This document shows positions 1 through 8,845 of a stretch of DNA of 64,000 bases, one piece after another. Origin of the DNA: Candidatus Shapirobacteria bacterium (lineage in GTDB: Bacteria > Patescibacteriota > Microgenomatia > UBA12405); NCBI GenBank assembly GCA_041661765.1, contig JBAZTV010000003.1, positions 79,914-143,913 of the forward strand. The letters are read 5' to 3'. Position numbers and translations under genes: made by a program. Positions within the stretch are counted from its first letter, which is position 1; each line of letters begins with the position of its first letter. The notes beneath the pieces were generated by a model, which saw only the letters and a program-made list of their open reading frames with translations, did no database searches and was not told the DNA's origin.

Positions 1-690
1 CCCATCAAACAATTTTATTTTGTCTGTTTTATAAATATTTTTTCCATCAACTTTTATCAATTCAGCGTTAAATTTTTGACCACTCTTTTTTAATTCGCTG
101 TAAATTGAAAAATATTTTTCTTTTGTAAAAGCCGCAATCTCCTTTTCTCTTTCACAAATTAATCTCACCGCCACCGATTGAACTCTTCCCGCCGACAACC
201 CTCTTCTCACTTTCTTCCATAAAATAGGTGACAAGCTATAACCAACCACTCTATCTAAAACCCTTCTGCCCTGTTGAGCATTTACCAAATCCATATCAAT
301 TTCTCGCGATTTTTTTAAAGCTTCTTCAATTGCCTCTTTTGTAATTTCATGGAAAGTAACCCTCGAAATTAATTTTTCATCAACCGGTTTTTTTGCATTT
401 AAAAGAATCCATTTCACATGCCACGAAATCGCTTCTCCTTCACGATCAGGATCAGAAGCCAATAAAATCTGATCAACACTTTTTGAAGCCTTAACTAATT
501 CATCAACCACTTTTTTCTTTTTACTATCAGTCACGTATTCCACTTCAAAATTTTTAAAATCCACTGCCATTTTATTTGTCGGTAAATCTCGAATATGTCC
601 CACAGTAGCCAATACTTTATAATCTCCACCTAAATATTTTCCAATAGTTCTGGCTTTTGTTGGTGACTCCACAATTAATAGTTTTTTCAT
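1..690 (-). CDS. topA: DNA topoisomerase I (N-terminal part; runs off window)
   Basis: Manual translation: MKKLLIVESPTKARTI...GHIRDLP...LASDPDREGEAISWH, TOPRIM motifs of type IA topoisomerase. Confidence 0.95.
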   Translation of the reverse strand, partial: MKKLLIVESPTKARTIGKYLGGDYKVLATVGHIRDLPTNKMAVDFKNFEVEYVTDSKKKKVVDELVKASKSVDQILLASDPDREGEAISWHVKWILLNAKKPVDEKLISRVTFHEITKEAIEEALKKSREIDMDLVNAQQGRRVLDRVVGYSLSPILWKKVRRGLSAGRVQSVAVRLICEREKEIAAFTKEKYFSIYSELKKSGQKFNAELIKVDGKNIYKTDKIKLFDG

Positions 691-741
691 TTTATCTCTC
701 ATTCTCATCTATAGTATCACCCCTGTCAAGCCGTTAATGTA

Positions 742-1053
742 TTACCGTTTTAATGTCACCACTCTGGTTGGTATTGAATTTTTATCAATATTTAATCTTT
801 TTCTAGTGATAAAATTCGGTTCCAAAACCAAATCACAAGGACCTTTTACTCTTTCAACTTCTTCTAAAACCATTTCACCAATATTAAAACGATAATCACT
901 TTTATAACCTTCAGAACTACCATTATAAATCGACACAATTTTTCCATCTGGTTTTCTCAAAGAAACAACACTGCCTTCACAAATATTCCTTATTTGACGT
1001 TTTTTATTCCATTCTCTTAAATAATTTCCTATATTTAAACATTTTTCAATCAT
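742..1053 (-). CDS. hypothetical protein
   Basis: 103-aa ORF co-oriented between mrdA and topA; no motif recognised. Confidence 0.55.
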   Translation of the reverse strand: MIEKCLNIGNYLREWNKKRQIRNICEGSVVSLRKPDGKIVSIYNGSSEGYKSDYRFNIGEMVLEEVERVKGPCDLVLEPNFITRKRLNIDKNSIPTRVVTLKR

Positions 1054-1086
1054 CGCTTTGTTTTAATAATTAACCTGTTTTACGGA

Positions 1087-2724
1087 TTATTGTAACACAC
1101 TCTTTTTTTCTGATTTTCTTGGCACCACTGTATTTGGCTCATCAAACCATTCTTTTAAAATATCTCCTACAATTGGTGCCGCAACATCCGATCCTTCACC
1201 ACCTCTTTCAACTAAAACAGTAATTGAAATCTGTGGATCATCTGCCGGAGCAAAAGCTGTTAACCATGCCTGAGTATCTTTACTTCCATCACCCACTTCT
1301 GCCGTCCCGGTTTTACAAGCAATTTCAGTTTTAAAATTAAATAAAGGCCAAGCAGTTCCACCTGTTTTACAAGCCGCTTTCATTCCCTCAATCACTGTTT
1401 TTACATTTTCTTTTTTTATTTTCAAATCTTCACATTCCACTTTCGAATCTTTCAAAATACTCATTTTACATTTCTTGCCTTCATTGGCAATGATATTTGT
1501 CATTTGATTTACCTGCAATGGTGTTACACTCAAATCTCCCTGACCAATTGATAAATGAATTGTATTTCCTAAAAACCAATTCTCTCCCTTAACTTCTTTT
1601 TTCCATTTCTCATCAGGCACAATCCCCTCCAGTTCTCCAGCTAATTCCACCCCCGTTCTACTCCCATATCCATATTTTTTAGCCCAAGTGTCTATTCTTT
1701 CCAACCCCAACCTTTCTCCTAAAGTATAAAAAAAGATATCATTCGATCTTTTAAGCGCCTTCACTACATTTACCATCCCATCAGTATTTCCGCTCCAAGT
1801 TTTATAAGAATAATCACCCACTTTAAAAACACCTATATCTTCAATTTCAGTGTCTTTATTTATCACTCCACTTTCCAATCCAGCCGTCGCCATCACTATT
1901 TTAAAGACAGATCCTGGACTAAATCTTCCCGCAGTTGCTCTATTCATCAACGGTAAATTATAATTATCACTCAAATAATCTCTAATTTTATTTTGGTCAA
2001 TATCGTAAGAAAAATCATTTGCATTAAAAGACGGACTAGAAACCATAGTAATTATCTTTCCAGTTTTTGGTTCACTTATTATCACCACCGCTTTTTTACC
2101 ACCAAGCATTTTGTAAATTTTATCCTGCCAATAAGCATCTATCGATAAATTTAAGTCAGATGCCACAATTGGTTCTTGTCTTCCTAATTCTCTAACATAT
2201 TTCCCCAAAGCGTCAATTTCCACTAACCTTTTTCCATCAATTCCCCTAATTTGACAATCTAAAAATGATTCCACCCCACTTCTTCCAACCACTTCATCAT
2301 TACCTAATTTTATTCCACATTTATTTTCACTTTGGTCATTTTCATTGACTTTTCCAACATATCCAGTAATCAACGACATCGATTCTCCGTAAAGATAGGA
2401 TCTTTTTAATTCATAAGCCAAGTTTTCCTCTTCAAATTTATATCCTTGAAAATCTCCTAAACTCTCATAAATTTTATTACCTCCATCCATTCTAAAATAT
2501 TGATAAATACTTTTTACTATCACTCTCCCTTTTCTATCCAATATTGTTGTTCTAGCTGCTGGAATTTTTTTCTCCATTAATTTATTTTCCATTGCTAAAT
2601 CTTTATAATAAACACCCTTAATTACATCTAATTTAAAAATAGACACCAAAATAATCCCAAAACTTAATATCAAGCCAAATCTTAAAATCCAATATTTCCA
2701 AGAACCATCATCTATTTGATTCAT
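1087..2724 (-). CDS. mrdA: penicillin-binding protein 2 (class B transpeptidase)
   Basis: N-terminal TM; SxxK (PGSVFK), SxD (SNDIFF), KTG motifs; overlaps mreB by 4 nt. Confidence 0.9.
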   Translation of the reverse strand: MNQIDDGSWKYWILRFGLILSFGIILVSIFKLDVIKGVYYKDLAMENKLMEKKIPAARTTILDRKGRVIVKSIYQYFRMDGGNKIYESLGDFQGYKFEEENLAYELKRSYLYGESMSLITGYVGKVNENDQSENKCGIKLGNDEVVGRSGVESFLDCQIRGIDGKRLVEIDALGKYVRELGRQEPIVASDLNLSIDAYWQDKIYKMLGGKKAVVIISEPKTGKIITMVSSPSFNANDFSYDIDQNKIRDYLSDNYNLPLMNRATAGRFSPGSVFKIVMATAGLESGVINKDTEIEDIGVFKVGDYSYKTWSGNTDGMVNVVKALKRSNDIFFYTLGERLGLERIDTWAKKYGYGSRTGVELAGELEGIVPDEKWKKEVKGENWFLGNTIHLSIGQGDLSVTPLQVNQMTNIIANEGKKCKMSILKDSKVECEDLKIKKENVKTVIEGMKAACKTGGTAWPLFNFKTEIACKTGTAEVGDGSKDTQAWLTAFAPADDPQISITVLVERGGEGSDVAAPIVGDILKEWFDEPNTVVPRKSEKKSVLQ

Positions 2725-3833
2725 TCTTTCAATCCCGACACCAATTTAACTTGTTTAAGTGTTTCTCTATTTTGAATCAATTCACCACATCCTTTAACCA
2801 CCATCATTCCTGGTTCTTCTAAAACTTTAGTAAATATCTTTGTTTCACTTTCAATCAACTGTGCTAAACCTTTTATTTTTCCCCCATTTCCCACTAATAC
2901 AATTCCTCTCTTTAAAATGTCTTCCATCAATTCTGGCGGAGTTTCATCTAAAACCGTCGACACTAGTTTGACAATTTTGATCAATTCCATAGTTATTGCC
3001 TCTCTCACTTCTATTTCTGTTAATCTAATTGTTTTTGGTAAACCAGTTTCTAAGTCTCGACCTCTCACCAATGCTGTTTTTTTATCACCATCATTATTTG
3101 AAAAATTTCCAATTTCCATCTTAATTCTCTCCGCACTATTCTGACCAATCAAAATTCCATATTTCATTTTCACATAATTAACAATACTATTATCTAAATC
3201 ATCTCCAGCAGTCTTAATTCCTCGACCTACCACCACTCCCCCCATCGAAATTACACTCACTTCAGTCTTTCCCCCACCCACGTCCACAATCACCAGCCCC
3301 GAACAACTATCCACTGGCAAACCAATTCCAATCGCTGCCAAAACCACCTCTTCTAAAAGAATAACTTCCTTAGCTCCAGCATTTAAAAAAATTGATTTTA
3401 CTGCCCTTTTTTGCACCTGATTAATTGAACTTGGCACTCCCACAATTACTCTTGGTTTAAAAATTTTAGGATATTTTGATGGAATTTCATAAACCAATTT
3501 CAAATAATAAGAAATCAAACTTTCCAATGCCTCAAAATCTGAGATCACCCCATTTTTAATTGGACTCACAACTTCAATCTGCTTTGGCTCTCGATTTAAC
3601 ATCTCTTTTGCCTTAAATCCAAAAGCAATTGGACCACTTTGCTTTGTCCTTGGAGCCGATAAACCAGTCCATCTTTTCTTTTTCTGTCTAGCAATCATAG
3701 TTGGTTCATCCACAATCACTCCTCTATCCTTTAAATAAATCAAAGTATTACTACTTCCCAAATCCACTCCAATTTCCCAACTAAAATTGGATATAAATTT
3801 TTCTAATTTTTCTTTGATTCCAAATAACTCCAT
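2721..3833 (-). CDS. mreB: rod shape-determining protein MreB family
   Basis: GVDLGSSNT, VDVGGGKTEV, RGRDLETGLPK motifs. Confidence 0.92.
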   Translation of the reverse strand: MELFGIKEKLEKFISNFSWEIGVDLGSSNTLIYLKDRGVIVDEPTMIARQKKKRWTGLSAPRTKQSGPIAFGFKAKEMLNREPKQIEVVSPIKNGVISDFEALESLISYYLKLVYEIPSKYPKIFKPRVIVGVPSSINQVQKRAVKSIFLNAGAKEVILLEEVVLAAIGIGLPVDSCSGLVIVDVGGGKTEVSVISMGGVVVGRGIKTAGDDLDNSIVNYVKMKYGILIGQNSAERIKMEIGNFSNNDGDKKTALVRGRDLETGLPKTIRLTEIEVREAITMELIKIVKLVSTVLDETPPELMEDILKRGIVLVGNGGKIKGLAQLIESETKIFTKVLEEPGMMVVKGCGELIQNRETLKQVKLVSGLKE

Positions 3834-3851
3834 CTGTTAAAATTATACTCT
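3834..3851. promoter_or_regulatory. overlapping divergent -10 elements (putative leaderless promoters)
   Basis: TGTTAAAAT on + 8 nt before ATG 3852; TATAAT on - 8 nt before ATG 3833; no SD on either side. Confidence 0.5.
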
Positions 3852-5867
3852 ATGAAGTCCTTTATTAAGCTAATCCGTTTTTTGTTTTTAGCTCTGTTTT
3901 TTTTCACCCCTCTTATTTTCACTCAATCAAATTCTGAGCTTTTTGAATTACCAAAAATGTATTTCGTTTATATTTCAACTACACTAATAACTACCTTTCA
4001 TTTAATTAATGTTTTCCAAAAAAAAGCTCCGTTCCATCAAAAAACTTTTTTAGATATTCCTCTTTTTCTCTTTTTTATCTCCCAAGTAATTTCCACTTAT
4101 TATTCCATTGATCCACATACTTCATTTTATGGCTATTATTCTCGTCTCAACGGCGGTCTTTTGTCGCTGATTTGTTATCTGCTTCTTTATTTTATTTTAT
4201 CTGTTTATCTCAACTCCGATTTTAAAAATAAGATTATCAATTTTTCACTATTTTCGGCATTTTTAGTTTCTATTTATGCCATCACCGAACATTTTGGTAT
4301 CGATAAAAATCTATGGGTTCAAGATGTCCAATCCCGAGTTTTTTCCACTCTAGGCCAACCAAACTGGCTCGCCGCCTATCTTTGTATTTTCATTCCTTTT
4401 TCAATTTATAAATTTTTTGAATCAATAAAAATGTACGGGCGCGGCGTGACGCGCCCTTACCTGTATTTAATATTAACTTCAATTTTTTACGTCGCAATTC
4501 TTTTTACCAAATCAAAATCTGGCATCATTGCTTGTCTCATCTCTATTATCATTTATTTTACAATTTACTTTTTCCAGAATTTAAAAAATAAATCATCCTT
4601 AAGCAAAATCTCCATTTTTGCTTTAATTTTTATTTTATTAACCTTCACCATTAATAATCCTATCAAGGATTATTTTTTTTCATCTATAGAGACGCAACGC
4701 ATGGCGTCTCTACAATCTACAAATAATCCTGAGTCATCCAAAATCCTAATCACCTCTTCCGGCAACATCCGAAAAATTGTTTGGAAAGGGGCCATTGATC
4801 TTTGGAAAAAATTCCCCATTTTTGGCACTGGCGTTGAAACTTTTGCTTATTCCTATTATTGGACCCGTCCAGTCGAACATAATCTCACCTCAGAGTGGGA
4901 CTTTCTTTATAACAAAGCCCACAACGAATACATTAACTATCTCGCCACCACTGGCGCTGTCGGTTTCCTCACCTATTGTTTTGTAATCATCTCTGTTTTG
5001 TTTTTCTCCTTAAAGTCTCCCTTGTCAAAGGGAGATTTAGAGGGATTGAACCTAGTCATACTAGCCAGTTTCTCTAGCCTTTTAATAACTAATTTTGCCG
5101 GTTTTTCAGTTGTTACCACTTCACTCTTTTTTTTCCTTCTCCCCACCTTACTATTAGATGAATGCCCTACCTGCCCTGTCAAGGGAAGGTGGTCCCAATT
5201 TATTGGGACCGAAAGGGTTTTAACCATAACCACTATTATCATCAGTTTATTCTTCATCCAAAAAATAATTTACTTCTATATAGCCGACATCGCCTACAGC
5301 CAATCTGAAAAATACGATTCTCAAAACGACTACTCCACCGCTCTCTCTTTTGCTCAAGTTAGCCATCAACTAAATCCCAACGAACCACTCTACACTGACA
5401 AATTAGCCACTATCTATTCTAAAATTGCTCTAAGCACCGGCAAACAAGAATATGTCGATCAAGCCGTCATTTATTCCGATTTAACTATTAAAACCTCTCC
5501 GGCCAACATTAATTTTTGGAAACAACGTGCTCAAAATTATCTTTACATATCCAGCGTTGATACTAAATATTTCACTATTTCTATTACCGCCCTCACCAAT
5601 GCTGCTAGCCTTGCCCCCACTGATCCTAAAATTTTCTATTCCCTCGGCCAATTTTTAGAAACCGCCAACCTCACCGACCAAGCCATTCCCTATTATCAAA
5701 AAGCCATCGAACTAAAATCAAATTACGACCATGCCTATTTTGCCCTCGGTAAAATTTATTTAACCAAAAAAGAAAATAACCTAGCCAAAGAAAACCTTCA
5801 AAAAACTATTGATTATTCATACCCCACCAACATCGAAGCCCAAAAATTACTTGATCAAATTAAATAA
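3852..5867 (+). CDS. O-antigen ligase (Wzy_C) family membrane protein with C-terminal TPRs
   Basis: Multi-TM; STLGQPNWLA, FGTGVETF, KAHNEY motifs; TPR-like tail. Confidence 0.85.
   Translation: MKSFIKLIRFLFLALFFFTPLIFTQSNSELFELPKMYFVYISTTLITTFHLINVFQKKAPFHQKTFLDIPLFLFFISQVISTYYSIDPHTSFYGYYSRLNGGLLSLICYLLLYFILSVYLNSDFKNKIINFSLFSAFLVSIYAITEHFGIDKNLWVQDVQSRVFSTLGQPNWLAAYLCIFIPFSIYKFFESIKMYGRGVTRPYLYLILTSIFYVAILFTKSKSGIIACLISIIIYFTIYFFQNLKNKSSLSKISIFALIFILLTFTINNPIKDYFFSSIETQRMASLQSTNNPESSKILITSSGNIRKIVWKGAIDLWKKFPIFGTGVETFAYSYYWTRPVEHNLTSEWDFLYNKAHNEYINYLATTGAVGFLTYCFVIISVLFFSLKSPLSKGDLEGLNLVILASFSSLLITNFAGFSVVTTSLFFFLLPTLLLDECPTCPVKGRWSQFIGTERVLTITTIIISLFFIQKIIYFYIADIAYSQSEKYDSQNDYSTALSFAQVSHQLNPNEPLYTDKLATIYSKIALSTGKQEYVDQAVIYSDLTIKTSPANINFWKQRAQNYLYISSVDTKYFTISITALTNAASLAPTDPKIFYSLGQFLETANLTDQAIPYYQKAIELKSNYDHAYFALGKIYLTKKENNLAKENLQKTIDYSYPTNIEAQKLLDQIK
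4433..4460. repeat. REP-like palindrome, in-frame in CDS
   Basis: GTACGGGCGCG-GCGTGA-CGCGCCCTTAC, GC-rich hairpin in an AT-rich gene. Confidence 0.7.
4686..4713. repeat. GTAG-type REP-like palindrome, in-frame in CDS
   Basis: ATAGAGACGC...GCGTCTCTAC; same family as 55684 and 60731. Confidence 0.8.
5013..5046. repeat. palindromic repeat (CTCCCT..AGGGAG family), in-frame in CDS
   Basis: AAGTCTCCCTTGTCAAAGGGAGATTTAGAGGGA; related to 5164 and 6444. Confidence 0.7.
5164..5219. repeat. composite palindromic repeat, in-frame in CDS
   Basis: CCCTGTCAAGGG core shared with 6444, plus GGTCCCAA-TTTA-TTGGGACC hairpin. Confidence 0.7.
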
Positions 5868-6417
5868 AATCAATTTTACTTTGCAAAAACATTTCTCCTT
5901 TAATTTCTTTATATAATTTTCCACCATCTTTTTTTATATGATCAATAAAAACTATACCATCTAAATGATCCGATTCATGTTGCCACACAATTGCTTCAAA
6001 TCCACCTAACTTTCGGTTTTTTCTGACTAATTTTTCTTCTTCAATTTCATCCCAACTCACATCAATTTCCAAAAATCTTTTTACTGTTCCAAAATATTTT
6101 GGAAAAGATAGACATCCTTCCAAAAAATCCTCTTCCTTTTTATTTTCACCAACAATTTTTGGATAAACTTTTCCGCCATAACTTTTTTCAATTTTAGGAT
6201 TAATAAAAATCAAAGGCTCTCTATTAGACAATTCTTTGCTTCCAAAAAATCTCTTACTTACTCCAATTTGAGGCGCCGCTAAACCCGCAGCATTCTCGCC
6301 ATTTTTCAATATATTTTTTAAATCATCCATTTCCTCCAGCAACCTTTCGTCTATATTTTTAATTTCTTCTGTTTTTTGTCTTAATATTCCTGCTGGATAA
6401 ATCACAATTTTTCTCAT
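5860..6417 (-). CDS. def: peptide deformylase
   Basis: GLAAPQIG, EGCLS, QHESDHLDG motifs. Confidence 0.96.
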   Translation of the reverse strand: MRKIVIYPAGILRQKTEEIKNIDERLLEEMDDLKNILKNGENAAGLAAPQIGVSKRFFGSKELSNREPLIFINPKIEKSYGGKVYPKIVGENKKEEDFLEGCLSFPKYFGTVKRFLEIDVSWDEIEEEKLVRKNRKLGGFEAIVWQHESDHLDGIVFIDHIKKDGGKLYKEIKGEMFLQSKIDFI

Positions 6418-6443
6418 ACGCTATTTTACCAAATAAAAATAAA

Positions 6444-6482
6444 GTCTCCCTGTCAAGGGAGATGTCCGAAGGACAGAGGGTT
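6444..6482. repeat. intergenic palindromic repeat
   Basis: GTCTCCCTGTCAAGGGAGAT-GTCCGAAGGAC-AGAGGG. Confidence 0.7.
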
Positions 6483-6503
6483 TAAATTTGCTAAAATATC
6501 ATC

Positions 6504-7370
6504 ATGACCAACCTCATTTTTTTTGGTTCCTCCGAATATTCCCTAATTATTCTAAAAAAAATTCTCGAAATTAAAGATTTTAATTTAATTAGTGTTGTCA
6601 CTAAAACAGATAAAGCCGTCGGTCGTAATCAAAAAATAACAGCCAATCCTGTGGCTAATTTTGCCCACCAAAACAACATTAAACTCTATCAAGTCGAAGA
6701 ATTTACTCCCGAATTCAAATCTGAAATCCAAAATCTGAAATCTGACATATTTATCTGTGTTGCCTTCGGTCCCCCTTATTTCGATCAGGAAATGATTGAC
6801 ATTCCCAAATTCAAAATTATTAACATTCACCCCTCTCCTCTACCAAAATATCGCGGCGCAACTCCTGGTCCTTGGCAAATTATCAATGGTGAAACCAAAA
6901 CAGCTGTCTCTTTTTTCCAAATCGATTCTCTTCCTGATCATGGCCCTATCATTTCTCAAATTCCTTTCGATATTAGTCCCACCGATACCGCCACCAGTTT
7001 TTATCAAAAAGCTTTTATCATTGCCGCCAATAATCTAGAGACAGTTATTAAAAAATATATCAATAATCTGAAATCTTTAACTCCCCAAGACCACACCCAA
7101 AAAACCTATTTCCCAAAATTTACCAAAGACAATGCTCAAATCGATTGGTCTTGGGATATTTCTAAAATTGAGCGTTTTATCCGAGCTCTCAACCCTTGGC
7201 CAATTGCCTGGACATTTGTCACCAACCAACAATCACAAAAAATCAAAATGAAAATTTTATCCGCTTCCATCATTAATCAACAATTAATCCCCAACACTGT
7301 TCAAATCGAAGGTAAAAAAATCGTCAGCTGGTCCGAAATCTGTAAATATTACACTATAAATAAAAACTAA
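6504..7370 (+). CDS. fmt: methionyl-tRNA formyltransferase
   Basis: IFFGS N-terminus, INIHPSPLPKYRGATP, RALNPWP motifs. Confidence 0.93.
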   Translation: MTNLIFFGSSEYSLIILKKILEIKDFNLISVVTKTDKAVGRNQKITANPVANFAHQNNIKLYQVEEFTPEFKSEIQNLKSDIFICVAFGPPYFDQEMIDIPKFKIINIHPSPLPKYRGATPGPWQIINGETKTAVSFFQIDSLPDHGPIISQIPFDISPTDTATSFYQKAFIIAANNLETVIKKYINNLKSLTPQDHTQKTYFPKFTKDNAQIDWSWDISKIERFIRALNPWPIAWTFVTNQQSQKIKMKILSASIINQQLIPNTVQIEGKKIVSWSEICKYYTINKN

Positions 7371-7470
7371 TTATTAAGAATAAATTAAAAAATTTTTGCC
7401 TATAAATAGGGTTTTCTTTTTTTGACATTTTTTTTAAATACTTTTTAATTAATTAAAGGAGGTAAAAAAT

Positions 7471-7572
7471 ATGCCAGTCAAAAAACCAGCAAAAAAAGTA
7501 GTCAAGAAAGTTGCTAAAAAAGCAACTAAAAAAGTCGCAAAGAAAAAAGTGGCCAAAAAAGCCAAAAAATAA
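7471..7572 (+). CDS. 33-aa Lys/Ala-rich histone H1-like microprotein
   Basis: SD AAGGAGG, then MPVKKPAKKVVKKVAKKATKKVAKKKVAKKAKK*; terminator follows. Confidence 0.8.
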   Translation: MPVKKPAKKVVKKVAKKATKKVAKKKVAKKAKK

Positions 7573-7587
7573 AAACTGAAAGTTCGA

Positions 7588-7623
7588 ACAAAAAGCGGTG
7601 CTTATTTAAGTGCCGTTTTTTGT
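7588..7623 (+). terminator. intrinsic terminator, possibly bidirectional
   Basis: AAAAAGCGGTGCTTA-TT-TAAGTGCCGTTTTTT; G-U pairs favour + strand. Confidence 0.7.
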
Positions 7624-7808
7624 TATTTAGTCTCTTTTTTAAGCCTTTTCAAACACTTTGTACAAAAACTACCACTAATTTTATCTTCACCAACAGTCAA
7701 AGTAACCTTCTGGATATTAGCCATAAAAGTCCTAGGTGTTCTATTTTGGGCATGTGATCGGTTTTGGCCAATCTTTGTCCCCTTATTACATAAACTACAT
7801 GTTCTCAT
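7623..7808 (-). CDS. rpmB: 50S ribosomal protein L28
   Basis: MRTCSLCNKG..GQNRSHAQNRTPRTFMANIQ..CTKCLK; start moved to second Met. Confidence 0.93.
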   Translation of the reverse strand: MRTCSLCNKGTKIGQNRSHAQNRTPRTFMANIQKVTLTVGEDKISGSFCTKCLKRLKKETK

Positions 7809-7846
7809 AGTAAGGTATAATATCAAAACAAACTATTTTTTGAAAT

Positions 7847-8449
7847 ATGATAAATTTCCTTTCCTTTTTAGTCTTAATTATCAGTATTACTATTCATGAG
7901 TTTTGTCATGCTTTAGCTGCCGATCGTCTTGGTGATCCAACTCCACGTTCTCTTGGTCGACTAACATTAAATCCTTTAGCCCATGCCGACCCCATTGGCA
8001 CCATTTTTTTACCTCTTTTAAGTGTTTTTACAGGAATTCCCACTATTGGTTGGGCTAAACCAGTTATTATTGATCCTTACAATTTCAAAAATCCTAAAAA
8101 AGATGAAATATTAGTCTCTATCGCTGGTCCCGCTGGAAATATTTTACTCGCCCTTTTTGCTTCTCTTCTTTTTAAATTTTTAGGAGTCCAAAATATTTTA
8201 CTCTACCTTTTAATATTAATTAATATCTCTTTAGCCGTTTTTAATCTTTTACCAATTCCTCCCCTCGACGGCTCTAAAATTTTTCTAAACTTACTTCCTG
8301 AAGAAAAGTCTATTCAATGGCAAGAAGCTTTTGATCGTTATGGATTTATTCTTCTGATTATATTAGTTTTCCTTCCAATTGGTGGCAGTTCAATTTTTCA
8401 AATTATTCTATCACCAATTGTCCAATTTACCCTGTCGCTACTTACTTAA
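7847..8449 (+). CDS. site-2 protease (peptidase M50) family
   Basis: HEFCH and NLLPIPPLDG motifs. Confidence 0.93.
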   Translation: MINFLSFLVLIISITIHEFCHALAADRLGDPTPRSLGRLTLNPLAHADPIGTIFLPLLSVFTGIPTIGWAKPVIIDPYNFKNPKKDEILVSIAGPAGNILLALFASLLFKFLGVQNILLYLLILINISLAVFNLLPIPPLDGSKIFLNLLPEEKSIQWQEAFDRYGFILLIILVFLPIGGSSIFQIILSPIVQFTLSLLT

Positions 8450-8659
8450 TCTCTTATTCAAATCTTCGACCATTTTCCCTATTTGGTCATCAGTCATTCC
8501 ATGAACTAAAGCTCCTTGTTCTAAAGTTTCCATTGACGCCGCCATACAACCAACGCAATGAAATCCATATTCTCCAGTTAACACTGAAGCCAAATCTGGA
8601 TTTTGTTCCACTAAATCTAAAATCAAAATATCTTTGGTAATTTTCGTTTTATTTTTCAT
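8438..8659 (-). CDS. DUF1858-like small protein
   Basis: GFHCVGC..A..ETLEQGA.VHG pattern. Confidence 0.8.
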   Translation of the reverse strand: MKNKTKITKDILILDLVEQNPDLASVLTGEYGFHCVGCMAASMETLEQGALVHGMTDDQIGKMVEDLNKRLSK

Positions 8660-8692
8660 GGTTAAATTATATCAAAAATGGTAAAATTAATT

Positions 8693-8841
8693 GTCCTACC
8701 AAAAGCAGTACTTTAAGAAGGTGTTTTTTCTAACTATCCATCTAAGATGGAAGGCATATTTTTAGGGTTTGCGCCCTAAAAGAGTCTTCCGACATTTTTT
8801 AGTATGGAAAAGCCATTATTGAAGAAAACTTTTGGTGGGGC
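8693..8841 (+). ncRNA. ssrS: 6S RNA-like long hairpin RNA
   Basis: GTCCTACCAAAAG pairs with CTTTTGGTGGGGC; inner stems CTTTAA/TTGAAG, GGAAGGC/GTCTTCC, TTTTAGGG/CCCTAAAA around a central bubble; extended -10 TGGTAAAAT just upstream. Confidence 0.65.
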
Positions 8842-8845
8842 TTTC

